A stretch of DNA of 64,000 nucleotides, from NCBI RefSeq assembly GCF_054482525.1, contig NZ_CM137006.1, one strand, 5' to 3'. Made by a program: the position numbers and the translations under genes. Shown one piece after another: positions 32,524 through 42,280 of the stretch; positions within the stretch are counted from its first letter, which is position 1; every line of letters starts with the position of its first letter. Under the pieces are notes generated by a model. That model made no database searches and had not been told where the DNA came from. It was given only the letters and a program-made list of their open reading frames with translations.

Positions 32524-34437
32524 TCATGCTCCACTCGATTTCAGTAATCCGCGATAATCGAGGGCCGCGACACCTGCATCTATGCGCACTTTCCAGGCGA
32601 CACCATCAACAGTAAAGCCCACCTGCTCCTCAAGATATGGCGTATCCATACCATCAAGATAAGCGACTTCTATTGTGTCCATCCCCTTAGCTGCGGCTAC
32701 ATACCATTCCTTGCTATTGGCCTTATCAAGACGTGGCTCAACAATTACTTCTGCCATATCTTTCACCACGTTAATGATGCCGGGGTTCTGATTGATAGTG
32801 CTCTCATCACCAACCGGAAAGACTGATGACGATGACAGAATGGCGCGACGCGCGGCAGATTCCAGCGCGGCAGGGACCAGAACAAAAGCAGGGGTAATAT
32901 TCAGTGAGTCGCCGTTAGCATCCTCCTGGAGGCGCATCAGCTTACGGGCTTCATCAAGCCCCACCATGTCCATATCCTTCGCAATAAGATTTTTATGATC
33001 GGCATGGAATAACGCTTTACCATCCGTAAATTTGCCGTTGCTGGTTAACAGAAGATAAACCAGATTACCTACTGTTCTGGCGGCCGCACGCCCCATCGCC
33101 ATGGGGATTGTAGTTAACTGGGTCAGGTCATCGTTGATAATGGCCTGACGGGTAACAGAAAAAATATTACCGTATGTGGCCAGCGCAATAGGTACACCTT
33201 TATCGCTGGTGGTGATGTATTTATATTCCGCACCTTCCGGTACTTTATCCAGCTTTGAAAAACCATTCAGACCAACGCGCTTTGCTTCATGAAAGTTTGA
33301 AAGCGATCCGGTACGCGTCCATTTCTGGAACGTTTCGCCGCTGTCCTGCCAGCCTTTCAGCACTGATTTTTCAGCACCACCAGCCAGAATATGAGAAAAA
33401 TCGCTGCTGCTGTGTGTGAAAGCTGCATTAACGACCTGCGAGCGATTTAAAAAACTGCCAACACTGATACCACGATCAGTTAGTGATGCCTGGGCCATTT
33501 CAAAAAGGCTCATCATCGCGTAAGGATTTCCCCGCTCTGGGCGTTCATACCCAAGACGAGAATAAAGCCCCTGACGAATTGCATCGCCTGTTATGTTCCC
33601 GTTACCGGCATAAATATGAGTCGGGATATTTTTATTGGATGGCGTGGACTCGCGCCCCAGCTCGTTCAACAACTTTTCACGGGCCATCTCCGGTGTACAT
33701 GATGCATCCTCCAGGCACGCCATTTTGATCCCGTCGTAACGACTGCCGAACAGGCTAAACACTTCACTTATTCCGTTGATGCGCTTCTGTTCATTACCAG
33801 CAATATTGGCTGCTCCCTGTGGCGGGGTAATCATTCCTTTAATGGTTTCAGGCATGTGTGAAAAATCTCCTGTGCGTTTCGATTCAATTCGCGCCATTGC
33901 TGTGACAGATGGCAACAATTCATCAGCAAAACCGTGCTTAAGGCATTCTTTCCCGTCCATCCAGGTTTCATCTTCCAGCATGGCGGTAATTTCCTGTGCT
34001 GATTTGCCCGTTTTTCTGGCATAAGCAGGGACTAACACGGTTTCCACCTTATCCAGCAAATCAGCATAATCACGCATATCACCAGCATTTCCGCCAGAGA
34101 TACCCCACGGCTTATGTATCATCATCATGGCGTTTTCCGGCATCACAACACGATCGCCAGCCATTGCGACAACCGAAGCCATTGAAGCCGCAACACCATC
34201 GATATAAACCGTAATTTCTGCCGGATGATTCCGTAACAGGTTATAGATGGCGATGCCTTCAAACACGTCACCACCTGGCGAATGGATCCGCAGGTCGATA
34301 TGTGAGACATCGCCCAGGGCTTTCAGGTCTTCCGCAAACTGCTTCGCGGTAATACCGAAGCCGCCAATTTCTTCATAGATGGATATTTCTGCCGCTCCGC
34401 GAACACCCAGCGCCTTAATGGTGTACCAGTGATTCAT
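32524..34437 (-). CDS. fusion of ClpP-like prohead protease and HK97-type major capsid protein
   Basis: 637-aa ORF; N-terminal about 190 aa resemble ClpP/S14-type serine protease (HSPGGDVFEGIAIYN...MASVVAMAGDRVVMPENAMMMIHKPW); the remainder resembles HK97-fold major capsid proteins. Confidence 0.65.
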   Translation of the reverse strand: MNHWYTIKALGVRGAAEISIYEEIGGFGITAKQFAEDLKALGDVSHIDLRIHSPGGDVFEGIAIYNLLRNHPAEITVYIDGVAASMASVVAMAGDRVVMPENAMMMIHKPWGISGGNAGDMRDYADLLDKVETVLVPAYARKTGKSAQEITAMLEDETWMDGKECLKHGFADELLPSVTAMARIESKRTGDFSHMPETIKGMITPPQGAANIAGNEQKRINGISEVFSLFGSRYDGIKMACLEDASCTPEMAREKLLNELGRESTPSNKNIPTHIYAGNGNITGDAIRQGLYSRLGYERPERGNPYAMMSLFEMAQASLTDRGISVGSFLNRSQVVNAAFTHSSSDFSHILAGGAEKSVLKGWQDSGETFQKWTRTGSLSNFHEAKRVGLNGFSKLDKVPEGAEYKYITTSDKGVPIALATYGNIFSVTRQAIINDDLTQLTTIPMAMGRAAARTVGNLVYLLLTSNGKFTDGKALFHADHKNLIAKDMDMVGLDEARKLMRLQEDANGDSLNITPAFVLVPAALESAARRAILSSSSVFPVGDESTINQNPGIINVVKDMAEVIVEPRLDKANSKEWYVAAAKGMDTIEVAYLDGMDTPYLEEQVGFTVDGVAWKVRIDAGVAALDYRGLLKSSGA

Positions 34438-34643
34438 TGCTCCCCCCCAGATGCAAAACCATTCTTATCAAGCCACGCGTTAACCGCGTGTCTGACAATC
34501 TGCGCCGCACCTGGTAATGGTTGGTCAGGATGATGATTTATGTGGTCGATCCTGTACTGCTTAAGGCGCATAACGGTCTGCGCATCCAGATGAACGGAAC
34601 CACCTTTTACCTCGCCTGTGTTCAGGTCGTTAATACAATTCAC
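34434..34643 (-). CDS. hypothetical small protein (69 aa)
   Basis: Stop overlaps the capsid-fusion start by 4 bp (translational coupling). Confidence 0.4.
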   Translation of the reverse strand: MNCINDLNTGEVKGGSVHLDAQTVMRLKQYRIDHINHHPDQPLPGAAQIVRHAVNAWLDKNGFASGGEQ

Positions 34644-35066
34644 AGTAACTTCCTCTTACTGACTAAACTGCGCGCATTATTGATCGATAAAAGTGGTAGA
34701 TAAACATATTTCTATCATAAAAATAGATTAATCAGATTCAGACACAAAAAAGCCGGAGAGAATCCGGCATAAATATCCCGCCATCTGAACACGTTTTGCA
34801 CAGGCAACTCCATCTGGCAGGTGAAAAACAAATTTATTTATATATTTCAATTAATTGCAAACTGGTCTAATGACAGGGAGAAAAAAATATTGTACAGGTG
34901 AAAACAGAAATAACTTTTAATTATCAATAAATTACTACACATGCTGCCGCCGCCATGAAAATGCAAAAACCAGCCTTTTTCCGCGACGCTCCCGCCCCGT
35001 GGCAGGTCACTACACCGGGAGGACCCATAAAAAAGCCGGATTGCTCCGGCTTCTGTTACTCGTTGC

Positions 35067-35489
35067 TTAAAACGGTATGTTATCCCCGTACGGATCATCA
35101 TTTCCCGCCTGTTGTTTTGCTCTGCTCAGTGCATCAGTAGCCTGCCCCTGTTGGCCTTTTTTGCCGCCCGGTCGCGCCGTTCTCGCACTGATTACGCTGT
35201 CTGCGATAACCTGCCAGCCCTGCCGCGTCTCCCCGTTCTGTCCGGTCCACTGGCTCACCTGCATGTTACCCGCCACGCTCAGGAGTTCACCCTTGCGGTG
35301 CTTTGCCAGTGCTTCGGCCTGTCTGCCAAACGCCAGGACGGATAACCACATCGTCGCCGTTCCGTCATCTGCCTGGCTGCACGGAAGTGGGACCGCCATA
35401 CTCGCCATCGTCATTTGTGTACCCTTGCTGGTGGTCTTTAACTGCGGGTCAGCCACCAGCCGCCCGTAAGCCGCTATCTGTGCTGTCAT
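35067..35489 (-). CDS. ssb: single-stranded DNA-binding protein (SSB-like)
   Basis: 140-aa ORF with OB-fold-like N-terminus, Gly/Gln-rich linker and acidic tail ending DDPYGDNIPF (SSB C-terminal DDDIPF-type motif). Confidence 0.65.
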   Translation of the reverse strand: MTAQIAAYGRLVADPQLKTTSKGTQMTMASMAVPLPCSQADDGTATMWLSVLAFGRQAEALAKHRKGELLSVAGNMQVSQWTGQNGETRQGWQVIADSVISARTARPGGKKGQQGQATDALSRAKQQAGNDDPYGDNIPF

Positions 35490-35731
35490 GCTGTCTGCTC
35501 TCCGGTTTTAACGTTGATGGTTGTCACCTGTTCCGCTTCGGCAATCTCCCGTTCTGTCAGCGTGGCAAAGTTTGCAGCTGCCGTTGTCATGAATGAGCTA
35601 ATCAGTTCGGGATGTGCTTTCGCATATCCTTCCCCGGCGTTGCGGTCGATGATTTTTATCGACACCCTTAACCAGTGTTCCGTCAAATCAAGGGCGTGCG
35701 ATTGTGATTTTTTTGTGTGCTTCGCTGTCAT
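35486..35731 (-). CDS. hypothetical small protein (81 aa)
   Basis: ORF with a 4-bp overlap to ssb; sits between the iteron origin and ssb. Confidence 0.4.
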   Translation of the reverse strand: MTAKHTKKSQSHALDLTEHWLRVSIKIIDRNAGEGYAKAHPELISSFMTTAAANFATLTEREIAEAEQVTTINVKTGEQTA

Positions 35732-35782
35732 AGGCTTTATCTCACAGCAGTAAATTAAAATTTTTGCGTTTTAACCCTTCAC

Positions 35783-36005
35783 CTGTTCACCTTTTGATAT
35801 TTTATCTTTTAATTCATAATGTTAAGGGGTGAACAGTTTCACAAAAACTATTCACCAACTGTTCACCACTGTTCACCCTTGAAGCTCAATAAACAATCAA
35901 AAAGGTGAACAGTGAATAGTTTGGTGAACAGTTCATAAATAACTGTTCACCCTATAACATACTGATACAAAAGATATTTATGACAGGGTGAACAGTGGTG
36001 AACAG
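35783..36005. repeat. iteron cluster, putative replication origin (9 copies of GTGAACAG/CTGTTCAC)
   Basis: 8-mer copies at 35783, 35829, 35859, 35869, 35905, 35924, 35943, 35988, 35998 in both orientations within an AT-rich tract immediately downstream of the primase gene. Confidence 0.6.
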
Positions 36006-36018
36006 TTATTCCATAAGT

Positions 36019-37851
36019 TTAATTTTTGCTATCGTCATTAGTGACCGATACACATGATGGCATCCAGTCTTCTGATTCCTCCGTCAGTGTCACGTTTGAA
36101 CGCAAACCGTGCTTCGTTTTCCGTTTCATATACTCCCTGCCATATTCCGCCATTGCCCCCGGCATATCTTTACCGAAGCGCGTCAGTGTTACAGGTTTAC
36201 CAAACCCATGTGCCCTCATATAAGCCAGATAGGCATGATAGAGATACCTGCGTGGGCTGAATGGCACAATTTCAGCATTACCCACTAACAGGCCATCACA
36301 CATTACCGACGCCATGAGATAGCCGCAGAAGTCCACCAGCGAATCACCTTCACGCTTTATCGCGAGTGCTTCTTCTGATTTCTGCTGCTCATATAAAAGG
36401 CGTCTGGCTTCGTCCTGGTCAGCAAACCGTGTAAGCAGATGGCGAATCACTACCGCCAGCTCACCTTCTATTTTTTCCGCCAGCATTGGATCACGTTCGT
36501 TCTCCGGTACAACTTCCGAAAAATTGAATATCACCCGACGACGTGAGATCCCCCCGCTGCGGTCACTGAATGACATGGCGTTATTGTTAACCGCCAGCAC
36601 TACTGCCGGAATACGCGTTGAGTAGGGGGCTTTGTGTTTCGGGTCAATTGCCACCTTGTCACCGCCTGTAATAGCCTTAATCCCTGCCCCATCACCAGCG
36701 TAGCGGGTCATATCCGGCATGATAATCAGCGAAAAGCCAACCACTAACGCGCGTTCCCTTGCATCTTCCAGCGCCTTCATGCTTGCCGATACTGTGTTGG
36801 CCTTACCCGCCAGCATGGTGCAAATCTCCGCCATCACGCTTTTACCACTTCCCCCTGGACCTGTTACCTCAATGAATAACTGCCAGTCGTACCGGTTCGC
36901 CAGCACCATGAATAATGCAGCCAGTACGCGATCCGCCTTGCGGTCATTCTCAGCCACCGAACGGCGTAACCACTTCCAGAAATTCGGCGCATGTGTTGCC
37001 AGCGTTTCCCCCTCTGCTGGTGGGCTGAAAGGTAATTCACTGGCAATTAACAACCAGTCGTTTTTGTTATGCTCCCGAAAATTACCTGTTCTGGTATCAA
37101 ATACCCCGTTACTGAATCCAATCAGGTTACGGGCTGTATTCCCCATTACAGGCAAACTTAACTTCATGGTATCGACCGCCGATTTAATGGCGTTCTGCGA
37201 ATAGCTGATCTCCGCATCAATGAAAATCTGTGCCATAGCTCGCTGTAATTCTTTATCCTGTACTGGCTCCCATACAACGCCGTTGTAATGGTGAACAGTG
37301 TCAGAGTCAGCATGAATCGCCAGTTCACCGCCATAATGTGCCAGGAGAACTTCGCCGCGTTGACTTGCTCCCATCTGGTTAAGCGCCAGTGATGAAGCGT
37401 TATCGTCTTTTACCCGCTCTTTTTTCTTTACAGGCAGTTCAACTACCTTTTTCTTTTCCGCCAGCTCTGCCCGTTCACGTTCCAGATATTCGCGCCAGTT
37501 CTCCCGTTTCTGGCTGTGCATTCCTTCAGGGTAATAATCAGCATCCCTGACACCTGCCGCTGCCAGTTTCTGCCCGATGGTATTAACAAGCCCCGGACGC
37601 AATAACCCCGCCTGATAGAGACGCACGCGATAGCGTCCGTCCGGTACGATTTGCAGGTTGTCCAGTTCGGCAAGTTGTTGCTCTCCAAGCCAGACAGGTG
37701 GCACGTTATCGCCAGCCAGTCGCCCGTCCTGTTCCTGCCACTGATTCGCATGTGCCCACGCATCACTACCCGCAAAAATGATGACTTCCGTCATTTTGTC
37801 ACGCGGCTGGTGTTTTAAATTTGGCGCTTTTTTCATTTCTGCTCTCTCCAC
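36019..37851 (-). CDS. primase / replication initiator (Pri-Rep-like, P-loop NTPase)
   Basis: 610-aa ORF; P-loop GPGGSGKS; overall resemblance to P4 alpha / PICI Pri-Rep proteins (primase C-terminal plus D5-like NTPase). Confidence 0.7.
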   Translation of the reverse strand: MERAEMKKAPNLKHQPRDKMTEVIIFAGSDAWAHANQWQEQDGRLAGDNVPPVWLGEQQLAELDNLQIVPDGRYRVRLYQAGLLRPGLVNTIGQKLAAAGVRDADYYPEGMHSQKRENWREYLERERAELAEKKKVVELPVKKKERVKDDNASSLALNQMGASQRGEVLLAHYGGELAIHADSDTVHHYNGVVWEPVQDKELQRAMAQIFIDAEISYSQNAIKSAVDTMKLSLPVMGNTARNLIGFSNGVFDTRTGNFREHNKNDWLLIASELPFSPPAEGETLATHAPNFWKWLRRSVAENDRKADRVLAALFMVLANRYDWQLFIEVTGPGGSGKSVMAEICTMLAGKANTVSASMKALEDARERALVVGFSLIIMPDMTRYAGDGAGIKAITGGDKVAIDPKHKAPYSTRIPAVVLAVNNNAMSFSDRSGGISRRRVIFNFSEVVPENERDPMLAEKIEGELAVVIRHLLTRFADQDEARRLLYEQQKSEEALAIKREGDSLVDFCGYLMASVMCDGLLVGNAEIVPFSPRRYLYHAYLAYMRAHGFGKPVTLTRFGKDMPGAMAEYGREYMKRKTKHGLRSNVTLTEESEDWMPSCVSVTNDDSKN

Positions 37852-38132
37852 GCGGCAATCATGTTTTTCAGTTCCTGTAGTTTTTTATCAACATCCATAC
37901 ATGACACATGGTTATTTCTGGAAAGCGGGATTTCCCGCCTGAATCTGCTAATAAAGATCTCCACGTTCAGCGAACTATGAAATGAATAGCCATCACGAAT
38001 AAAATACACACGGTCAAACATCAGTTCTTTTACCGTTACTCTGTTACCGTTCTTATCCAGATAAATAGCGCCGGGGATAATTTTGGGGTGTGCATAACCG
38101 CTGGCAGTCAAGCCAGATAAATATGTTCTCAT
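37833..38132 (-). CDS. hypothetical protein (99 aa)
   Basis: ORF overlapping the primase start; unknown function. Confidence 0.4.
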   Translation of the reverse strand: MRTYLSGLTASGYAHPKIIPGAIYLDKNGNRVTVKELMFDRVYFIRDGYSFHSSLNVEIFISRFRREIPLSRNNHVSCMDVDKKLQELKNMIAAWREQK

Positions 38133-38138
38133 GATTAT

Positions 38139-38459
38139 TTATCCCCGATTTGAATCAGTATTCGCTTTCTTTATGGCATTTAATGCATCTGTGGCATTTT
38201 CAATGGTGCACCGTAACGAAATATCAAACTGCCCAAGCATTGCCAGTAACAAACCGATATTACCCATATCAATGCGCATAGCCTTTTCGTCATAGTCCTC
38301 ATTTTCTGACGCATGCCACATCAGGCTACCAATTGACGCAATACCCATTGATATATTGTCAGTAGCCCCATCCGCAGCGGAATAAACCTTTTTAGCAATA
38401 TCATGCTCACAGTTAAAATGCGGATTAATCAGGTACTGGTAATTTGACATATCAGGCAT
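38139..38459 (-). CDS. hypothetical protein (about 106 aa, [10 protein letters not shown]...)
   Basis: C-terminal part of ORF 38139..38894 from an internal ATG; the upstream part of that ORF is Pro/Arg-rich and looks like an off-frame artefact. Confidence 0.4.
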   Translation of the reverse strand: MPDMSNYQYLINPHFNCEHDIAKKVYSAADGATDNISMGIASIGSLMWHASENEDYDEKAMRIDMGNIGLLLAMLGQFDISLRCTIENATDALNAIKKANTDSNRG

Positions 38460-38991
38460 GGCACACCCCCTGGCGAATACGGGCGGCGAATACAGCAACA
38501 CAACCGGACGGGCAGCGGTTACGCGCTTCACGTTCCGTCCAGGCGGTGACGTGGATGATTTGATGGTCTGACGCGCCAAAGATGATAAAGCGCCAGAGAA
38601 AGGCGGTTTGAGAATGTACAAGGGTAGGGATAGTAGCCATGTTGGCAGCCTCCTTTGACAGTGAAGAATTTCCACCGCAGGAAACGCCAATTTCGCTGGC
38701 GGTGGACTGAACGGGGTTGGCGTAACCGGCGTCAAAGGGAACCGGCGCTTCCGAAGAAGCCCCCGCCCAGCCCACCATAACTTTGATGTGAGCGAATGCG
38801 GACGATAAAAAAGACGCTGGCGCGTCATATATCGCCTTTGACATTTCCAGGACGCCAATCCCGGCACCAGATTTTGCTGGTGCGGATAAATCATAGCCCT
38901 GGCTTGCAGTGGCGATCAACTGGTTTTTTACACCCGCTTTATTCAGGTTGTGCGAGTCCCGCCCTTGCGGGTGTGTGGTATGATTTCTCAT
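38452..38991 (-). CDS. hypothetical protein(s); contains an internal SD-preceded start (MATIPTLV... at 38640) that may define a separate 62-aa gene
   Basis: 3' part of ORF 38452..39741; AAGGAGG precedes the ATG at 38640; the N-terminal 250 codons of the 429-aa ORF overlap the operator region and plus-strand genes and are treated as spurious. Confidence 0.3.
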   Translation of the reverse strand: MRNHTTHPQGRDSHNLNKAGVKNQLIATASQGYDLSAPAKSGAGIGVLEMSKAIYDAPASFLSSAFAHIKVMVGWAGASSEAPVPFDAGYANPVQSTASEIGVSCGGNSSLSKEAANMATIPTLVHSQTAFLWRFIIFGASDHQIIHVTAWTEREARNRCPSGCVAVFAARIRQGVCHA

Positions 38992-39088
38992 AGCGACCTC
39001 GATACTATCGTTATCGTTGGTGGTTAGAAGCCCCGTTACTGCTCCAACAGTGCGGGGTTTCGTCGTTTCTGCACCTTGCATCAACAAG

Positions 39089-39140
39089 GTGTTGAACACC
39101 AATGTAAACTCAGGTGTTGAACACGTCAAGTGTTGAACAC
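39089..39140. promoter_or_regulatory. three perfect 11-bp palindromic repeats GTGTTGAACAC (putative operator sites) in a divergent promoter region
   Basis: Copies at 39089-39099, 39114-39124, 39130-39140, between the minus-strand gene block and the plus-strand small gene at 39191. Confidence 0.55.
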
Positions 39141-39190
39141 TTGTTTTTTTTCCTGCATACTGCATTTGTTTTTTGTGAGGGGTACACAAC

Positions 39191-39370
39191 ATGGCGACAA
39201 AAGCAGTAAACGCAAAATCACAAACAGTTGCGGCAAGGGTTCCGCATGAAGTTATGAACAATGTTGAGGCGGTAAAAATGCCTGGTGAAAGTACAGGGCA
39301 ATTTGTAACAGCAGCATTAAAGCGAGAAGTTGAATACCGCCAGCGACGCAAGGCTAAAGAGCAAGAATAA
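39191..39370 (+). CDS. small basic protein (59 aa), putative DNA-binding regulator
   Basis: My translation [59 protein letters not shown]; GAGGGG before the ATG; below the ORF-track size cutoff. Confidence 0.45.
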   Translation: MATKAVNAKSQTVAARVPHEVMNNVEAVKMPGESTGQFVTAALKREVEYRQRRKAKEQE

Positions 39371-39427
39371 TCACTATCAGCGCTGTGGTGTGAGGTACTC
39401 CGGCGCATTGCTTTACAGGTCGGCACT

Positions 39428-39637
39428 ATGAGCAAAAAATACCTATCCACTGAAGAGATTTTCGCAGAACAACGAAGATTGCTTTTACAGAGCATTGTTG
39501 CACGCCAGAAAGAAAAGGCACACGCTAAACAAATGCCACCAAATACAGAACCAGCGCCTACAAAATTTGCGCTTGATGAGTTTCTCAATAAACAGCCCCG
39601 GGTAATGAAAGCTAACAGGAACCGCCCACCAGGCTGA
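39428..39637 (+). CDS. hypothetical small protein (69 aa)
   Basis: ORF-track entry; weak ribosome-binding site; uncertain. Confidence 0.3.
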   Translation: MSKKYLSTEEIFAEQRRLLLQSIVARQKEKAHAKQMPPNTEPAPTKFALDEFLNKQPRVMKANRNRPPG

Positions 39638-39751
39638 TCACATTGCCCACCAGCCAGCAAATCGCTATGATGGCTGGGCTTATGTTTAGTGTATTCCCAC
39701 TGGCGACCTCTGATCCGGGTCGCCTTTGTTTTATGTGTCATATGCCCCCCT

Positions 39752-39961
39752 TTACGCTGCCTTGCCTGAATTAATGCGATCCCGGCTTTTAACCCATTCC
39801 ATAACCTCGGACAGCAGCCAACCTACAGAACGACCGCCCAGATTACGGCGTGACGGGAAATTCCCTTTTTTCTCCAGTTCATAGCGTGTAGTGCGACACA
39901 CTCCAGTTAACTTACGACATTCATCCTCACGGATTACGCGATCTTCATTTATTTCACGCAT
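39752..39961 (-). CDS. alpA: AlpA-family transcriptional regulator / excisionase-like
   Basis: 69-aa [60 protein letters not shown]; AlpA-type HTH. Confidence 0.65.
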   Translation of the reverse strand: MREINEDRVIREDECRKLTGVCRTTRYELEKKGNFPSRRNLGGRSVGWLLSEVMEWVKSRDRINSGKAA

Positions 39962-40380
39962 ACAAAAACCTACATAAAAAATTACGTATATAAACTTTTC
40001 TCTTAGCTGTAGATATATGAGATCGGATATTACTTAGATTCTTTTTTCACCTCTTAAATTAAAAACACAACCTTGCTAAAGGCTTTGTTCGCTAAGGTTC
40101 GTAGAAGCTCGTTAGTGTTTAAAATCGTGTCACGAGTTTTTAAGCGATGCAACAAAAAATGTCGTTATTTGGCATTACGCTTGAATTATCTCATTAAAAA
40201 CAAATAGATAAACCATCAAGTGTTGGAACAATCAAGAAACAGAGAATAAAAGTTCAGAAGAAGACATTCCAATTTTTTGATGGTTGACATATATAAAGCG
40301 AAGATATTTGCAGATATTTTCCGATATTCTACGATTTATTCACGGCTGTAATCTCTTAAAGAAAAAACAGCCGTAATTTG

Positions 40381-41619
40381 TCAAGAATTTTGGGTGTAAA
40401 TTCGCGGGGTCATAACAACGATTTTTTTATCATTGTTCTGGAGAAGCTCGAGACGGTCTACCCATAGATTAAGAGCATCACGTTTTGCATCAAGATAACG
40501 GGAGTGGTTATAGACTCGTTGCATCCCCGGCATCTGGTGGGCGGTAAGCTGCTCGACAATATGCGGATCCACGCCTAAATCGTTCAGCATGGTTGTAAAT
40601 GTGTGCCGGATATCGTGTAACGTCCAGGGGGCTTGATTAATTCGTCTGTGCGCTGTTCTTCCGTACTCTGCTACCGAAGATTGTCCTTTCAGTTCACCAA
40701 GCAATAAGCCTGTGTGTCTGTTCTGCTCCACCAGTTGCGTGACGAACGGCAAAATGCTTTCCGGTATTGGCCTGAATATGGCGACCTTCGTTTTGCTGTG
40801 CTCCTTCGGTACTGTCCAGAGCATTTCTTTAAAATCCCACTCCTGCACCTCAGAGCGCCTTAGCTCAGTGGTACGGCATCCAAAAACAATCAGGAGGCGA
40901 ATTAGGGCGCTGTAGTATGGCGGGAATATTTTGTCATCCAGGGCGCGGAGTAATTCCCCAAGCTCCTTATTTGTTAGTACGCGCTCGCTCACTTCTGCTT
41001 TTTTTCCCACATCACCGACAACCATATCATCAAGAACGTTGCTGATTGCGTATCGTCGTTTTCGGCAGTACTTAAGCGCCTGTTTGCATACCTGTAGCAA
41101 AAATCCGGCAGATACTGGGCTTCGCTTTGCCATCTGGTCAAAACATGCCAACCAGTGCCGTAGCTCGCATTTTTCCAACGGCAAAGCGCCAATCTGGCTG
41201 ATTATGTGTTTATTGATCCGGCTTTTCAGTGATTCGTAGTCAGTGCGCTTTTCCTTTGCATACGATTCAAGCCAGTAAGTGAGCGCTTCCTTAACTGTCA
41301 CGGGGGCTAACGCATCCTGTACAGCACGATTAAGCTCATAGCGCGGATTTTTCCCCTCAGCCAGCCAGGCGCGACACTGTGCTGCTTTTTCCCTGGCTGC
41401 TTTCAGGCTCAGATCGGGATAATTGCCCAGTCTCAGACGTTCCGGTGATACCTGCCTACCAGTTCCGGCCCTGTAAGTGAAATACCAGGTTAACAGGCCG
41501 CTGGTGGAATGTCTTACGCTAAGATTGCCACCGTCATTAAAAAAGGCGTTTTTTGTGGTTGGTGATCCGCTTAATTTTCGTAAAAGAGTGTCGCTAAGTC
41601 TATGAATTGCGCTGCTCAT
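40381..41619 (-). CDS. int: tyrosine site-specific integrase
   Basis: 412-aa ORF with phage-integrase catalytic region (...LHDIRHTFTTMLNDLGVDPHIVEQLTAHQMPGMQRVYNHSRYL); adjacent to the right att repeat. Confidence 0.85.
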   Translation of the reverse strand: MSSAIHRLSDTLLRKLSGSPTTKNAFFNDGGNLSVRHSTSGLLTWYFTYRAGTGRQVSPERLRLGNYPDLSLKAAREKAAQCRAWLAEGKNPRYELNRAVQDALAPVTVKEALTYWLESYAKEKRTDYESLKSRINKHIISQIGALPLEKCELRHWLACFDQMAKRSPVSAGFLLQVCKQALKYCRKRRYAISNVLDDMVVGDVGKKAEVSERVLTNKELGELLRALDDKIFPPYYSALIRLLIVFGCRTTELRRSEVQEWDFKEMLWTVPKEHSKTKVAIFRPIPESILPFVTQLVEQNRHTGLLLGELKGQSSVAEYGRTAHRRINQAPWTLHDIRHTFTTMLNDLGVDPHIVEQLTAHQMPGMQRVYNHSRYLDAKRDALNLWVDRLELLQNNDKKIVVMTPRIYTQNS

Positions 41620-41785
41620 GTTTCGCGTTTCCGGTCATCAAAATTAACTACACCATTGACTACACCGTGCATCGTACAAGGGCAAACCGTGACGAACAAG
41701 AGCGAACAAGGAAAACAAAATTTTCCTTTATAATCATAGCGATGAATGCACACAAAACACTACCACGAACACCCGCGAACACTAG

Positions 41786-41803
41786 ATGATAAATAACTAT
41801 CAT
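41786..41803 (+). repeat. putative attR core (ATGATAAATAACTATCAT)
   Basis: 17/18 identical to 30796-30813; lies between the integrase and cspD. Confidence 0.55.
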
Positions 41804-42023
41804 CTATCGTTGGCATCAGCGACATCTGTCACATTCCTGTCAATAGCGTTAACTGCTTCAAATTTTTGATTCATACCTGCCCCCTGGCCCCTGTCAAATG
41901 CTTGACGGCTCGCCCTAATTCTCTAAATTGTATTTCTAGAGTTGGCGAGGTTTTGAACAGCCCCCTCTCTGACCCCGGTTTATTCCATCTTACTTGTATA
42001 AGATTTGCGAAGGATGTCGAAGC

Positions 42024-42248
42024 ATGGAAAAGGGTACTGTTAAGTGGTTCAACAATGCCAAAGGGTTTGGTTTCATCTGCCCTGAAGGCGGCGGCGAAGA
42101 TATTTTCGCTCATTATTCCACCATTCAGATGGATGGTTACAGAACGCTAAAAGCTGGACAATCCGTTCAGTTTGATGTCCACCAGGGGCCAAAAGGCAAT
42201 CACGCCAGTGTTATTGTGCCCGTCGAAGTAGAAGCGGCAGTCGCATAG
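42024..42248 (+). CDS. cspD: stationary-phase cold-shock-family protein CspD
   Basis: MEKGTVKWFNNAKGFGFICPEGGGEDIFAHYSTIQMDGYRTLKAGQSVQFDV...; ORF 41994..42248 with an internal ATG at 42024. Confidence 0.9.
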   Translation: MEKGTVKWFNNAKGFGFICPEGGGEDIFAHYSTIQMDGYRTLKAGQSVQFDVHQGPKGNHASVIVPVEVEAAVA

Positions 42249-42280
42249 CTCTTCTGTCTCATTGTGTACATCCTAAAGGC

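Larger units (their letters stand above)
30814..41803. mobile_element. PICI-like phage satellite (integrase, AlpA, primase, iteron origin, SSB, protease-capsid fusion, small terminase) inserted between clpS and cspD
   Basis: About 11-kb block absent from the K-12 cspD-clpS intergenic region as I recall it; bounded by 18-bp direct repeats; gene content typical of phage-inducible chromosomal islands. Confidence 0.7.

Noticed and set aside
38992-39741. N-terminal 250 codons of the 429-aa ORF (38452..39741, minus)
   Set aside because: Low-complexity composition; overlaps the operator repeats, two plus-strand small genes and the AlpA gene region; looks like an off-frame read through GC-rich DNA.
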